64,000 bases of DNA from positions 2,805 to 66,804 of the forward strand of contig JAFVSW010000338.1 in NCBI GenBank assembly GCA_017503545.1, written 5' to 3'. The first letter of the stretch is position 1. Every line of letters starts with the position of its first letter. A program made the translations under genes and the position numbers. This stretch comes from Lentisphaeria bacterium. Its GTDB lineage: Bacteria > Verrucomicrobiota > Lentisphaeria > Victivallales > UBA1829. Under the pieces are notes generated by a model. It saw only the letters and a list, made by a program, of their open reading frames with translations. It was not told the DNA's origin and did not search any database. This document shows, piece by piece, positions 18,785 to 29,641 of the stretch.

Positions 18785-19648
18785 ATGAAATGGAATGAAA
18801 ACAACAGTCGTGTGAAAAACGCTGCTGTATTTCTCAGCGGTTCCGGAACCAATGCGGAAGCCCTTCTGAATGATATTCAAAATGATTCGGATGCACCCTG
18901 GCGTGCTTCCGTATTGGTGACGGATAAGCCGGAAACCAGCCGGGCAAGAGAAATCGCCGCAAAGTTTAATCTCCCGTTAGTCGAACATGATATTCTTGCA
19001 TTTTATAAGGCGGAAGGTTTGGAAAGTGTTACGATCCGCACAGAAGAAGGCATGAAAATCCGGGAAAAATGGACCGATGCACTCCGGGAAAAATTAAAAG
19101 AATATCCCATTGATTTCGGAATCCATGCCGGTTTTCTCACCCTGTGCAACATTACAAGTGATTATCCATGCCTCAATATCCACCCCGGCGATCTGACCAT
19201 TGTTGAAAACGGCGTGCGCGTGCTTGCCGGACTCCATATCGTCCCTGTGGAAAATGCCATTCTCCGCGGCGATCCGGCACTTCGCAGCAGCGTAATCATT
19301 GCGCAACGGATCGAAACCGGCGGTGCCGCCATGGATGAAGGCCCGATCCTGGGGGTATCCGATTATGTGCCGATCGACTTTATGGGGCATACACTGGAAG
19401 AACTCAAAGAGGTCAAAGCCGCACGTGCCGGTAAAAAACTTGCAGAATACAAAAACGATATTCTACGCAAAATCGCAGAAGTGAATGTGGACCGATTGAA
19501 AGAATTGGGCGATTGGAAACTGTTCCCCCGGGTCGTTCGCGATTTCGCTTCCGGTCAATTCGCCTTCGGTCCTTTGCAATATAAAGGACAGGAGATTCTT
19601 ACGGTCTCTTATGAAGATGGAAAAGAGCCGGTTCCGGTACTGCGCTGA
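18785..19648 (+). CDS. formyltransferase family protein (PurN-like, extended C-terminus)
   Basis: The N-terminal AVFLSGSGTNAEALL and NIHPGDL motifs are typical of GAR formyltransferase. At 287 aa it is longer than canonical PurN. Confidence 0.7.
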   Translation: MKWNENNSRVKNAAVFLSGSGTNAEALLNDIQNDSDAPWRASVLVTDKPETSRAREIAAKFNLPLVEHDILAFYKAEGLESVTIRTEEGMKIREKWTDALREKLKEYPIDFGIHAGFLTLCNITSDYPCLNIHPGDLTIVENGVRVLAGLHIVPVENAILRGDPALRSSVIIAQRIETGGAAMDEGPILGVSDYVPIDFMGHTLEELKEVKAARAGKKLAEYKNDILRKIAEVNVDRLKELGDWKLFPRVVRDFASGQFAFGPLQYKGQEILTVSYEDGKEPVPVLR

Positions 19649-19676
19649 ACCTGTTCCCCGGCAGATGCGGCAAGCA

Positions 19677-20159
19677 TCATTTCTTGTCCGCCGGAACATC
19701 GGACTGTAAAACATCTGCTCCGGAAAGAAGGATCTTTTTCCATTCCGGATCATTTTGGCGCAACAAACAGATTGCACCGGCGACCGGTATGGCATCCAAA
19801 TATTTTTCTTTGCTGTCTTTGATGGTATAACTGCCAATCGCCAAATCCCCTTTGCCGCTGCGCAGCAATGCAGGAATACGCAAGGTTGCGGGAACATTAC
19901 GGAACTCAACACTGAGTGCCGAGTTTTCTGCAATCTTAATGACATTCTGTATCGTTTGCGCGGCGGGCGGACATTCCTGATCGATCAGGCAGATGAATTT
20001 GCCGGATGCAAGAATGGCTTGATACCGGTTCTGCGGAATGTAATTCTGATATTGCACAGCAGTGTCCGTTTTCCGGTCAGAGAAAAAAAAGCATCCGGGA
20101 CAAGAAAAAAGGGAAAATGCAATAACCGGAACAAGAAAATAATAAATCCGCTTATTCAT
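19677..20159 (-). CDS. hypothetical exported/lipoprotein
   Basis: 160-aa ORF with an N-terminal hydrophobic signal (FLVPVIAFSLFSCPGC). It sits 1 nt downstream of the preceding gene. Confidence 0.5.
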   Translation of the reverse strand: MNKRIYYFLVPVIAFSLFSCPGCFFFSDRKTDTAVQYQNYIPQNRYQAILASGKFICLIDQECPPAAQTIQNVIKIAENSALSVEFRNVPATLRIPALLRSGKGDLAIGSYTIKDSKEKYLDAIPVAGAICLLRQNDPEWKKILLSGADVLQSDVPADKK

Positions 20160-20160
20160 C

Positions 20161-21519
20161 TTAATTATTCACCGGCATAAAAACGGTTTCTTTCTGATAC
20201 CGTTTCCCGTTTTTCGGCAGATACAACAAATAAAAATTGCCTTTGGAATCCAAAACAGCAAGCGTTCCGGAGGCTTCCAGCGGAAATACAAATACGGGGT
20301 CTCCACCCCTTGTTACCGGGTGAATCATTTCCGGAACCACAAAGTTTTCCCGATCAAGGGATTCCCCATGGATCACTTCCAATTCCCCGCGTACTTTTTT
20401 GCAATGGATCAAATATTTACCATCGCCGGTAATGGCATTGAATCCGGCATTGTTGCCTTTGAGTTCAAAGGATTGCTGATCCCGGACCACGATTGCTGCC
20501 GTATTCTGCAACGGGTCTGCCGCACAGAAAAATTGTTTTTCATTATCAATAAAAATAAGTTGCGACAACGGATAATCTTTCGGCAGTTTTGCATTGAAAA
20601 TCGGGCGCAGATCGGAAAGTTTATATACACGGATCACACCCTTTTCTCCGCTGCCGGCAGCGATATATTGACCATTGGGAGAAATGGCTATGATGGGATT
20701 TTTACTGTCCGTACGCAAAATCCGGTAATCACGGAAAATATTCTGCTCAAATCGCCAGATCTCATTTTTTGTCTTGTGGGAAAGATAAAGACGACCGCGA
20801 TTGTCGGATATGATATTACTGCTCAATGCCGCAGGAAGTACACGGAACGCCGTTTCCTCCCCGCTTTTCAGATGAAATACGGCAAGTCCGGCTTTTTGTT
20901 TCATCACCGGCTGCGTTTCGCACAACGCCGCAAGCTTCGTTGTCCCGTTCATAAAGCAAATACGTTTGATAAGACGGTCTGTAGATATGATCCGGAGAAT
21001 ATTCCAATTATGGGAATTCATCAATATGATGCGGCTGCCGTAGGGACCATCCGGCTCCCCTGTCGTTTCCACAAAAGCAAAAAGACTTTGATCGGCAGAA
21101 AGCTGAACATCCGGAATACGGACTCCATGCACTGTACCGGGCGTCCGCAACGGCGTCCATTGGATTCCCAGTTTCGATATTTTACCGGTAACGTTTGCTG
21201 CCAGAGAATCGAACGGAACAGGAGTTTCCTTGCGCCATTTCTGTTTCCGGTTCGTTTTCAAACCGCCGCCGGGGAGTGTAACCGTTCCATCCGGATTACG
21301 TTTTACATACCGGATCCGTCTGTTATCGACCCGGATCTGCGGCATTTCAACGGAGTTTTCTTCACCGGTACCGGGCACATCACGGATTTTCATAACGCCG
21401 TTTTCCAATCCGGGCAAACGGATCGGTTTCCGTTTCGGTTCTGCTTCCCGGGCAGAAAGTATACCCCATACAAAACATAAAACTGAAAACAGGATCAGAA
21501 TTTTACTTGTTATTTGCAT
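20161..21519 (-). CDS. hypothetical secreted protein (beta-propeller-like repeats)
   Basis: 452-aa ORF with a signal peptide (ILILFSVLCFVWGILSA). No catalytic motif recognised. Confidence 0.55.
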   Translation of the reverse strand: MQITSKILILFSVLCFVWGILSAREAEPKRKPIRLPGLENGVMKIRDVPGTGEENSVEMPQIRVDNRRIRYVKRNPDGTVTLPGGGLKTNRKQKWRKETPVPFDSLAANVTGKISKLGIQWTPLRTPGTVHGVRIPDVQLSADQSLFAFVETTGEPDGPYGSRIILMNSHNWNILRIISTDRLIKRICFMNGTTKLAALCETQPVMKQKAGLAVFHLKSGEETAFRVLPAALSSNIISDNRGRLYLSHKTKNEIWRFEQNIFRDYRILRTDSKNPIIAISPNGQYIAAGSGEKGVIRVYKLSDLRPIFNAKLPKDYPLSQLIFIDNEKQFFCAADPLQNTAAIVVRDQQSFELKGNNAGFNAITGDGKYLIHCKKVRGELEVIHGESLDRENFVVPEMIHPVTRGGDPVFVFPLEASGTLAVLDSKGNFYLLYLPKNGKRYQKETVFMPVNN

Positions 21520-21538
21520 GGGGTATCCTCCTTCTGTT

Positions 21539-22507
21539 TTAACGCAAGCCTACCGCTTTGCGGACAGCACTGAGCGTTTCATTTGCGATATTTCTGGCGC
21601 GTTCCGCACCTTTCCGCAGAACTTCATCAATATAGGATTCATCCGCCAGAATTTCTTCCCGGCGTTTCCGCATGGGGGCAAAGAAATCCATGTAGATTTC
21701 ATACAATGCCTGTTTCGCATGACCGTACCCGTAATTTCCGGCACGGTATTTTGCCGCCATTTCTTCCTGCTGTGCCGGGGTGGCAAAAAGTTTATACAGC
21801 TGGAAAATATTGCAGGTGTCCGGATCTTTCGGTTCTTCCAATCCTTTGGAATCCGTCAGAATGGACATGAATTTTTTACGAACCGGTTTGGCATCTTCAA
21901 ACAACGGAATCGTGTTGTTGTAACTCTTGGACATCTTCTGTCCGTCCGTACCGGGGATGACCGCTACATTTTCATTGATGTACGGGTCCGGCAGCGGGAA
22001 GATTTCCTCGTAAGTCTGATTGAATTTCACTGCCAGGTCACGGGTAATCTCCAAATGCTGTTTCTGATCTTTTCCGACAGGAACCAGATTGGCTTTGTAA
22101 AGGAGAATATCCGCTGCCATCAATACCGGATAATTGAACAATCCGGTATTGGGCATGATGCCATGGGCAATCTTGTCTTTATAACTGTGCGCCCGTTCCA
22201 GCAACCCCATCGGAGTCAGACAGTTGAGAACCCACATGAGTTCACAGACTTCCGGCACATCGGACTGACGAAAGAAGATGGCTTTTTCCGGATCCAGTCC
22301 GCAAGCCAGATAATCCAGCGCGACACCGCGTACACGGGCACGCAAATCTTCCGGCTTGGGAGACGTGGTCAGAGAGTGCATATCTGCAATGAAAATAACG
22401 GTTTCATCCGCTTTTTCCTGCAAGGCAATAGACGGCTGGATCGCACCGAAATAATTGCCGATATGCAGAATACCGGATGATTGAATACCTGTTAAAAGTC
22501 GTTTCAT
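21539..22507 (-). CDS. trpS: tryptophan--tRNA ligase
   Basis: 322-aa ORF with class I aaRS signatures (GILHIGNYFG as HIGH, KMSKS present). Confidence 0.95.
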   Translation of the reverse strand: MKRLLTGIQSSGILHIGNYFGAIQPSIALQEKADETVIFIADMHSLTTSPKPEDLRARVRGVALDYLACGLDPEKAIFFRQSDVPEVCELMWVLNCLTPMGLLERAHSYKDKIAHGIMPNTGLFNYPVLMAADILLYKANLVPVGKDQKQHLEITRDLAVKFNQTYEEIFPLPDPYINENVAVIPGTDGQKMSKSYNNTIPLFEDAKPVRKKFMSILTDSKGLEEPKDPDTCNIFQLYKLFATPAQQEEMAAKYRAGNYGYGHAKQALYEIYMDFFAPMRKRREEILADESYIDEVLRKGAERARNIANETLSAVRKAVGLR

Positions 22508-22530
22508 TTCTCTGTTATCCTTGCATGTTT

Positions 22531-25500
22531 TCAGATTTTTGCAATGCTGATACGGCAGGTATGACCGTTTACATCGGTTTCCGCTGCCCCATTGTCCGCA
22601 ACCGTAATGGTATCGGTCAATGTTTCACTGCAAATGTAATCATTGAACGCTTTAACAGCCGCTTCGATTTCTGCATCACAGGCAATCGTCACGCTGATGT
22701 GATCGGCAACTTCCAGATCCGCTTCCTTACGCATATTCTGGATCTTGCTGACAACTTCACGGGCAAAACCTTCCTGAATGAGTGCTTCATCCAATGCTGT
22801 ATCAAGCGCAACCGTCACACCGTCACCGGCAGCAACACAGATACCCGGTTTTTCATCGCGGACCACAACGATATCTTCCGCAGTGAGATCGACGGATGTT
22901 TCTGCATCCACGGTGAGCGTATAGGCTTTTCCGCCGAGGATATCTGCGATATCAGAAGAAGACAGTTTCGTGATCAAAGCTGCGGCAAGTTTCATCTTCG
23001 GACCGAGTTTTCCACCCAATTTCTTGAAGTTGGCTTTGGCAGAAAGATGGACCAGTTCTTCTTCCCGTTCCAGCAATTCCACGGCACGAACGTTCAATTC
23101 TTCTGCAATCAAGGCTTCGGATTTCTTCAGCAGTTCACGGTTTTCCGGGTCGATGGAAACCACGATGGCACGGGCAAGCGGCTGACGGACTTTCAAGGAT
23201 CTCTGGGTACGGAGGAAACGGCCGAGAGAAACAGTCTGACGGGCAAGTTCCATCTGACGTTCCAGAGAAGGATCACGCTGGAATGTACCGACTTCCGGAT
23301 AATCGCAAAGGTGGACCGATTCCGGCATACCTTCGTTACGGAGAGAACGGTAAATTTCTTCCGTCAGATAAGGAATGAACGGCGCGGCTGTTTTTGCAAA
23401 GGTGATCAGCACATAATACAATGTTGCATAAGCCTCGGCTTTGTCTGTATCATTTTCACTCTTCCAGAAACGGCGGCGGCTCAGACGGATATACCAGTTG
23501 GTCAGGTCTTCCACAAAGGCTTCAAACCGTTTTGCTGCACGCTGCAGATGATATTCATCCATCGCAGTGCGGACTTCCGCGATCATATCTTCCATGGAGG
23601 AGAGGATCCAGCGGTCAAGGGCATTGCTGCAATTGGCAGGTGCTTTCGGTTCTCCCACCGGCGGCTGCCAGTTGTCAAGATTTGCATAGGTCATGAAGAA
23701 ACTGAAACTGTTCCAGATGGGAAGCATCACAGAACGCATCACTTCTTTGATCCCGTCTTCTGAGAATTTCAGGTCTTCCGCACGGACAACCTGGGATTCC
23801 AACAGGAACAGACGCAGAGCATCCGCACCGTATTGGTGAACGATATCCAGCGGGTCAGGATAGTTTTTCAAACGTTTGGACATCTTCTGTCCGTTTTCTG
23901 CCAGAATCAAACCATTGACCACTACGTTCATCGCGGGCGGCTTGTCAAACAGGGCGGCAGCAAGCACAACAAGTGTGTAGAACCAACCGCGGGTCTGGTC
24001 AAGACCTTCCGCAATAAAGTCGGCTGGGAATACACTTTCAAAGTGTTCTTTGTCTTCAAACGGATAATGTTTCTGGGCATACGGCATGGAACCGCTTTCA
24101 AACCAGCAGTCCAATACTTCCGGAACGCGTTTGAGGATCGCGCCGGATTTGGAACGGATTTCCAGTTTATCCACAAAATGTTTGTGAATATCAGTGATTT
24201 TTTCACCGGTCAATTCTTCCAGTTCAGCAACGGAACCGACGCAGATCGCTTCGCCCGTTTCTTCGTTTCTCCAAATCGGGAGCGGACAACCCCAGTAACG
24301 GTTACGGCTGATCGCCCAGTCACGGGCATTTTCCAGCCATTTACCGAAACGTCCGTCTTTGATGTGAGACGGAACCCAGGACATCTGGGCGTTTGCTTTG
24401 AGCATCTTTTCCTTGATGGGATCGATCTTGACAAACCAGGTGGATACCGCTTTGTAGATCAGCGGGGAATCATCACGCCAGCAATGGGGATAATTGTGTT
24501 TGATCGTACCGCGATGGACCAGTTTGCCTTCCTCTTTCAAACGCTGCATGATGTCTTTGTCGGCATCTTTCACAAAACGACCTTCGTATTCCGGAACATC
24601 TTTCGTGAATTTACATTCCGCATCGATCGGGCAGACTGCCGGAATACCGTTTGCTTTACCGGCAGCAGCGTCTTCTTCCCCGAAACCGGGAGCAATATGA
24701 ACAATACCGGTACCGTCTTCCGTACTGACATAATCCGCATTGATCACACGGAATGCACCCTGTTCCGCCAAATCAGCAAAGTAGGGGAACAACGGTTCAT
24801 AACGCAATCCGGCAAGGTCGGATCCTTTGAATTCCTGTACAATTTCCGGCAATTCTTTTCCGTAATAAGCAGAAAGACGCGCCTTCGCAATAATATAGAA
24901 ATCATCGCCGTCTTTGACTTTTACATAATCCACTTCCGGACCTGTTGCCAAGGCAGTGTTGGAGGGCAATGTCCACGGGGTGGTCGTCCATGCCAGAATA
25001 TAGGTATTTTCCTGTTCTTTCAGTTTGAAACGGATGGTGATTGCCGGGTCGGTGACTTCAGCATATCCCTGGTTTGCTTCAAAGTTGGAAAGCGGTGTGC
25101 AGCAGCGGGCGCAATAGGGCAGAATTTTGTATCCTTCATAAATCAAACCCATATCCCAGAGACGTTTGAAAATATACCAGATGGATTCCATGTAATTGAG
25201 ATCCATTGTGCGGTATCCGTTTTTGAAATCGACCCAACGCCCCATACGGCGGACGATTCTTTCCCATTCTTCGGTGTAACGGAGAACAATACCGCGGCAG
25301 GCTTCGTTGAAATTATCCACACCGTAGTTTTCAATTTCCCGTTTGCCGGAAAGCTTCAACTGTTTTTCCATTTCGTATTCTACGGGAAGACCATGGCAAT
25401 CCCAACCGAATGTACGTTCGCAGTATTTGCCGCGCATGGTCTGATAACGGGGAATCACGTCCTTGATGGTACCGGCAAGCAAGTGTCCATAGTGAGGCAG

Positions 25501-25656
25501 ACCGGTGGCAAACGGAGGGCCGTCGTAGAAAATGAATTCGGGAGAACCCTTCCGGTTTTCAACGGATTTCTGGAATGTGTTGTTTTCTTCCCAGAAGCGC
25601 AAATTGGCTTCTTCGATTTTCGGGAAGTCCGACTGTTGTGAGACTGCTTTGAACAT
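22531..25656 (-). CDS. ileS: isoleucine--tRNA ligase (type 2)
   Basis: 1041-aa ORF with the PPFATGLPHYGHLL (HIGH) and KMSKRLKN (KMSKS) motifs plus an editing-domain-sized insert. Confidence 0.97.
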   Translation of the reverse strand: MFKAVSQQSDFPKIEEANLRFWEENNTFQKSVENRKGSPEFIFYDGPPFATGLPHYGHLLAGTIKDVIPRYQTMRGKYCERTFGWDCHGLPVEYEMEKQLKLSGKREIENYGVDNFNEACRGIVLRYTEEWERIVRRMGRWVDFKNGYRTMDLNYMESIWYIFKRLWDMGLIYEGYKILPYCARCCTPLSNFEANQGYAEVTDPAITIRFKLKEQENTYILAWTTTPWTLPSNTALATGPEVDYVKVKDGDDFYIIAKARLSAYYGKELPEIVQEFKGSDLAGLRYEPLFPYFADLAEQGAFRVINADYVSTEDGTGIVHIAPGFGEEDAAAGKANGIPAVCPIDAECKFTKDVPEYEGRFVKDADKDIMQRLKEEGKLVHRGTIKHNYPHCWRDDSPLIYKAVSTWFVKIDPIKEKMLKANAQMSWVPSHIKDGRFGKWLENARDWAISRNRYWGCPLPIWRNEETGEAICVGSVAELEELTGEKITDIHKHFVDKLEIRSKSGAILKRVPEVLDCWFESGSMPYAQKHYPFEDKEHFESVFPADFIAEGLDQTRGWFYTLVVLAAALFDKPPAMNVVVNGLILAENGQKMSKRLKNYPDPLDIVHQYGADALRLFLLESQVVRAEDLKFSEDGIKEVMRSVMLPIWNSFSFFMTYANLDNWQPPVGEPKAPANCSNALDRWILSSMEDMIAEVRTAMDEYHLQRAAKRFEAFVEDLTNWYIRLSRRRFWKSENDTDKAEAYATLYYVLITFAKTAAPFIPYLTEEIYRSLRNEGMPESVHLCDYPEVGTFQRDPSLERQMELARQTVSLGRFLRTQRSLKVRQPLARAIVVSIDPENRELLKKSEALIAEELNVRAVELLEREEELVHLSAKANFKKLGGKLGPKMKLAAALITKLSSSDIADILGGKAYTLTVDAETSVDLTAEDIVVVRDEKPGICVAAGDGVTVALDTALDEALIQEGFAREVVSKIQNMRKEADLEVADHISVTIACDAEIEAAVKAFNDYICSETLTDTITVADNGAAETDVNGHTCRISIAKI

Positions 25657-25686
25657 AATTTCTGTTCCTGTTTCTATGTTTTAAGG

Positions 25687-26319
25687 TTATACTTGTTTTT
25701 CCACTTCCATACCATGAATGCGTTCATACGGAAAACGCATGACAGGGCCCCGTACGCCCGGCTCTGCACCTGCCAGCTCAAATACCGCAACATTCTCCTG
25801 AAGTCCCTGAATGGCAACAACACGGATCTGTTGACCATCGGATAAAGTACAGATAAACGGTCCGGCGGCGGAACCGTCGGCATTGTATGCAATCCGTTCC
25901 ATTCTGCTTTTGCTCCAGAGAGTGGGATCGGCTTCTTCACGCTGTAATTGATCGGCAATTGCCTGTTCTTCCGCCGCAATCTGTGCTTCCCGACGGGCTG
26001 CGGCATGTTCTCTTTTTGCCTTGTTTCCTTTCCGGACCGCTTCCGGACTGCCTTCCAATGCCTTCAATACAAAACTGATGATCAACGGATAAATGAACGG
26101 CAGAATCAACGCCAGAAAAATATGCAAATGCGGATAACGCCCTTTATTTTCAGCAATATTCCCTGCCCATGCGGCGGATGCAAGCATAATCACACAGGCG
26201 ATCAACGATCCCCAGATATACGCCGGGGATATTGTCAGCGGCAGTTCAACAAGAGAAATAAACCAGTTCCAGACACACCACAGACCTTCTTTCAATCCAT
26301 ACAATATTGTTTCCCGCAT
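25687..26319 (-). CDS. hypothetical membrane protein
   Basis: ORF 25687..26403. The ATG at 26319 (MRETILYGL...) is preferred. It has three predicted TM helices, then a charged helix and a small C-terminal domain. Confidence 0.55.
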   Translation of the reverse strand: MRETILYGLKEGLWCVWNWFISLVELPLTISPAYIWGSLIACVIMLASAAWAGNIAENKGRYPHLHIFLALILPFIYPLIISFVLKALEGSPEAVRKGNKAKREHAAARREAQIAAEEQAIADQLQREEADPTLWSKSRMERIAYNADGSAAGPFICTLSDGQQIRVVAIQGLQENVAVFELAGAEPGVRGPVMRFPYERIHGMEVEKQV

Positions 26320-26536
26320 AAATGTTATCTCCGCAAAATGTTTTTGATTTTTTGTGTTTTGTTTAATATTAATAATTAAGACAATGATACAATATAGCAT
26401 CATTTTCCGGATTTACGAATTTTTTTGTGGAATAACACGTATTTTTTTACATTTTTTCCCTCGTTGACCTTCCACGCCGGTTAATTGGCTCAACACCGTT
26501 GCGCTGTTTTACTTCCCATTTGCCGCTTTTGTTTTT

Positions 26537-28717
26537 TCAAAGGTCAAAAGAAAGCAGACGGATCCCTTTGCCGTCCGATGGGATTCGATGTTCTATCACC
26601 GGTTTTCCATCACGGAAAATTTCCAGCGAGATTGCATAAGGTTCTTCCCGGAGTACAAACTCCAGACGCGTGTTGTCAGTCAAAATATGACGCAGAAAAA
26701 GAAACTGATCCCGGTAGATACATTGCAATGCGTTTGAACGGTAAATAAAAAACGGTTCCACTTCCTCCGGATGCAATTTCATGACCGCAGAATAATCACC
26801 ACCATGCCGACGGCTGATCCCTGTCAAAACCGGTAATTTTTCACTGAAATATTTTGCCGCTTCCCGGGCATTTTTACGGCTGTCCGGAAGAATCAGAAAA
26901 TGACACCGTTCCGCTTGGCGCGTATAACAGCTTTGCAGCAGATGATAAGCAAAATTTTTATCCGGCAGAGAAATCACATTCACGGATTTGTTTTCCGGTG
27001 TATAAATACAAAGCGAATATTGTGTTCCGTCAGAGAAAAATAACACCTCGCCTTTCCGGTGGACTTGCTGCAGATGCCAATGAAAAAGCAGAAAAAATGC
27101 CAATATGCCGGAAAGAAATAAAAAACGTTTTTTCCGGCTGCAGAGAAATACAAGAACCGTTCCCGTGAACAACAGCACAAGCCATAATGCCGGACGGCTC
27201 ATCCAGTCGCCCGTCCCGGAAAAAGATTCCGCTATCGCACAAACCACTTGCAAACTTGCCGTCAGAAGCCAGGCAAAACATTGCAGGACCGGTGTGATCA
27301 AAAAGAAAAGACAGCATCCGGCAAAAAAGACAAAACTCAAAGTAATAAATGGCAGAGAGAAAAAATTGGCTGCCGGAGTACCCGTCGCCCACACGCCCTG
27401 GTGATACAAGGTCAAAGGCAGAGAGATCAGCCAGGCAATGATACAACTCAAGATCATTTGCACAAAATGACGGGTAAAACGGGCTGTCATAACATACTTT
27501 GTCGAAATCATACGGGAGGGAGTCATCAACATTCTTTCACTTTCCGGCACGGCATGATTTTTCTGCCAGCAGGACAGAAGCAGCAAGGCGGCAACACAGA
27601 GGAATGAAAATTGGAATCCGGCTTGCAAAACAGCTCCCGGATCCAATAAAGTCAGGATCAATGCCGCAAGAAACAACGTATTGAATGTCAAAGTTTTCTT
27701 ATGAAACATCCGTAATCCGCAATATAAGGCGAACATCATAAATGCCCGGAATGCAGGAATACGCATCCCCGTACTTTCCGCATAGAAAAAAGTCAGCAGG
27801 ATCACACAGAAATACCGCCAACGGTAAGGCAATGGTGCCAGAATCAGAAACAAGACCAGTGCAAATAAGGAGACATGTGTTCCGCTGACAGAAATAATGT
27901 GGATCATTCCGCTTGTCCGGAAGTGCTGCAGCGTTTCCGGTTCGGTACTGCGTAATCCGAAAAACAATCCCGGAATCAACGCCTTGATTTCCGGATCCGG
28001 GACAAATTGACAGATCCGGGTCAATAATTTATTCCGCAGATCGTAAAGGATCCGGTGAAAGCCGATCCCCTTTTTGAATAATTCCGCTTTCTCTTCCTCA
28101 CGGAATTCATAAAAAATATTCTGCGTTTCCAGCCATTGACGATAATCAAAACTTTGCGGATCAACCGCCTTTGCCGGACGCAGAAATTTGCCTTTTGCAT
28201 GGAGTATATCACCATAACCCAGTTGTGTGCCGGTATGGTCAACCGGTAAAACATATAATACTTCGGAATGGAGATTTTCCCAGGCGGCATCCGGAGAAGG
28301 ACGGTATTTCAACAAAACGGCCCGTATTCCCCGCTTCTGTTTCAGAAACGGGATCCCCGTCACCATGGAATCATCAGTGATCCGGAAAATCCCTTCGCCA
28401 TATCCCCCTGCACCGTAAAAACGTTCCAGCAGCGGTTCCCGTTCCAGACTCAAGTTATGACAGCACATGGAACAGGCGGCAAGACAGGCTGGCAAGAGAA
28501 TTCTCCAACAGGCATTTTTTACCGAAAACAGAAAAAATGCGATGACGGCAAGACATCCCACCGCAATGGCAGAGGTATAAAAAACAGAAAACCCGGACCG
28601 CTGTAAAAGCAATCCGGGAATACAAACCGTACATACGGCAGAAAACATCAGGAACGCAGGATATTTTCTCGCGAAATCATCCACAAAACCATTCCGGAAT
28701 ATTCTGCCGTGTTTCAT
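26537..28717 (-). CDS. comEC: ComEC/Rec2 family competence membrane protein
   Basis: 726-aa polytopic ORF. It has a DUF4131-like N-terminus and a competence-domain core (IISVSGTHVSLFALV...). Confidence 0.78.
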   Translation of the reverse strand: MKHGRIFRNGFVDDFARKYPAFLMFSAVCTVCIPGLLLQRSGFSVFYTSAIAVGCLAVIAFFLFSVKNACWRILLPACLAACSMCCHNLSLEREPLLERFYGAGGYGEGIFRITDDSMVTGIPFLKQKRGIRAVLLKYRPSPDAAWENLHSEVLYVLPVDHTGTQLGYGDILHAKGKFLRPAKAVDPQSFDYRQWLETQNIFYEFREEEKAELFKKGIGFHRILYDLRNKLLTRICQFVPDPEIKALIPGLFFGLRSTEPETLQHFRTSGMIHIISVSGTHVSLFALVLFLILAPLPYRWRYFCVILLTFFYAESTGMRIPAFRAFMMFALYCGLRMFHKKTLTFNTLFLAALILTLLDPGAVLQAGFQFSFLCVAALLLLSCWQKNHAVPESERMLMTPSRMISTKYVMTARFTRHFVQMILSCIIAWLISLPLTLYHQGVWATGTPAANFFSLPFITLSFVFFAGCCLFFLITPVLQCFAWLLTASLQVVCAIAESFSGTGDWMSRPALWLVLLFTGTVLVFLCSRKKRFLFLSGILAFFLLFHWHLQQVHRKGEVLFFSDGTQYSLCIYTPENKSVNVISLPDKNFAYHLLQSCYTRQAERCHFLILPDSRKNAREAAKYFSEKLPVLTGISRRHGGDYSAVMKLHPEEVEPFFIYRSNALQCIYRDQFLFLRHILTDNTRLEFVLREEPYAISLEIFRDGKPVIEHRIPSDGKGIRLLSFDL

Positions 28718-28727
28718 CGAAAAAGCA

Positions 28728-29639
28728 TCATTCCGGCATCAATGTTGCCATGATCGCTTTCTGAATGTGGAGGCGGTTTTCCGCTTCATCAAAGACGATG
28801 GAGTTGGGAGAATCCATAACTTCGTCTGTAATTTCTTCCCCGCGGTGTGCAGGAAGACAGTGCATGACGGATACATCTTTTTTCGCCAGTGCCAACTGTT
28901 TTCCGTTCAGCTGATAGGGCTGGAGAATACGCATACGTTCTTTGGCTTCTTCTTCAAAACCCATGCTGACCCAAACGTCAGTATAGATAAAATCTGCACC
29001 TTCCAGTGCTTCTTTCGGATCTTTTGTCCAGCTGATTTTGCCGCTGCCGTTTGCGTAATTGAGAATGGAATCTGCAGGGCGGAATTCTTCCGGTGCCGCA
29101 ATCGCAAATTCAATACCCGCAATTTTGCTGACCAATGCAAGTGAATTGGACATGTTGCTTGCACCATCGCCCAAATATGCCATCTTGACACCGTCAAGAG
29201 AACCTTTCTTTTCCAGAATGGTGAACAGGTCACCAAGTGCCTGACAGGGATGATAATCGTCTGTCAAAGCATTGATCACGGAAGCAGTACCGTGTTCCGC
29301 CAAACCTTCCACATCGGACTGTTTATAAGTACGGATCACGATCCCCTGCAAATAGCGGCTGAGAACTTTAGCCGTATCGTGAATCGTTTCCCCTCTGCCC
29401 ATCTGGGTTTTGCCCATATCCAGAATCACGGCATGTCCGCCGAGTTCATGGATCCCGACTTCAAAAGAAACACGGGTACGGGTGGAGGATTTTGCGAAAA
29501 TTACACCGATGCTTTTTCCGGCAAGCGGTTTGATGGCATTGGGAGAAAAACGTTCCCGTTTGATTTTTGCGGTCAAGTCAAACAAACGCATCATGGCGTC
29601 GTGATCAAATTCTTCCCCTGTCAATAAATGGCGGATCAT
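28728..29639 (-). CDS. argF: ornithine carbamoyltransferase
   Basis: The STRTRVSFE carbamoyl-phosphate motif, and the HCLPAHRGEE and DVWVSMG motifs. Confidence 0.95.
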   Translation of the reverse strand: MIRHLLTGEEFDHDAMMRLFDLTAKIKRERFSPNAIKPLAGKSIGVIFAKSSTRTRVSFEVGIHELGGHAVILDMGKTQMGRGETIHDTAKVLSRYLQGIVIRTYKQSDVEGLAEHGTASVINALTDDYHPCQALGDLFTILEKKGSLDGVKMAYLGDGASNMSNSLALVSKIAGIEFAIAAPEEFRPADSILNYANGSGKISWTKDPKEALEGADFIYTDVWVSMGFEEEAKERMRILQPYQLNGKQLALAKKDVSVMHCLPAHRGEEITDEVMDSPNSIVFDEAENRLHIQKAIMATLMPE

Positions 29640-29641
29640 GA

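Noticed and set aside
22477-25641. 428-aa and 602-aa plus-strand ORFs across ileS
   Set aside because: They are antisense shadows of a 1041-aa isoleucyl-tRNA synthetase and have no motifs.
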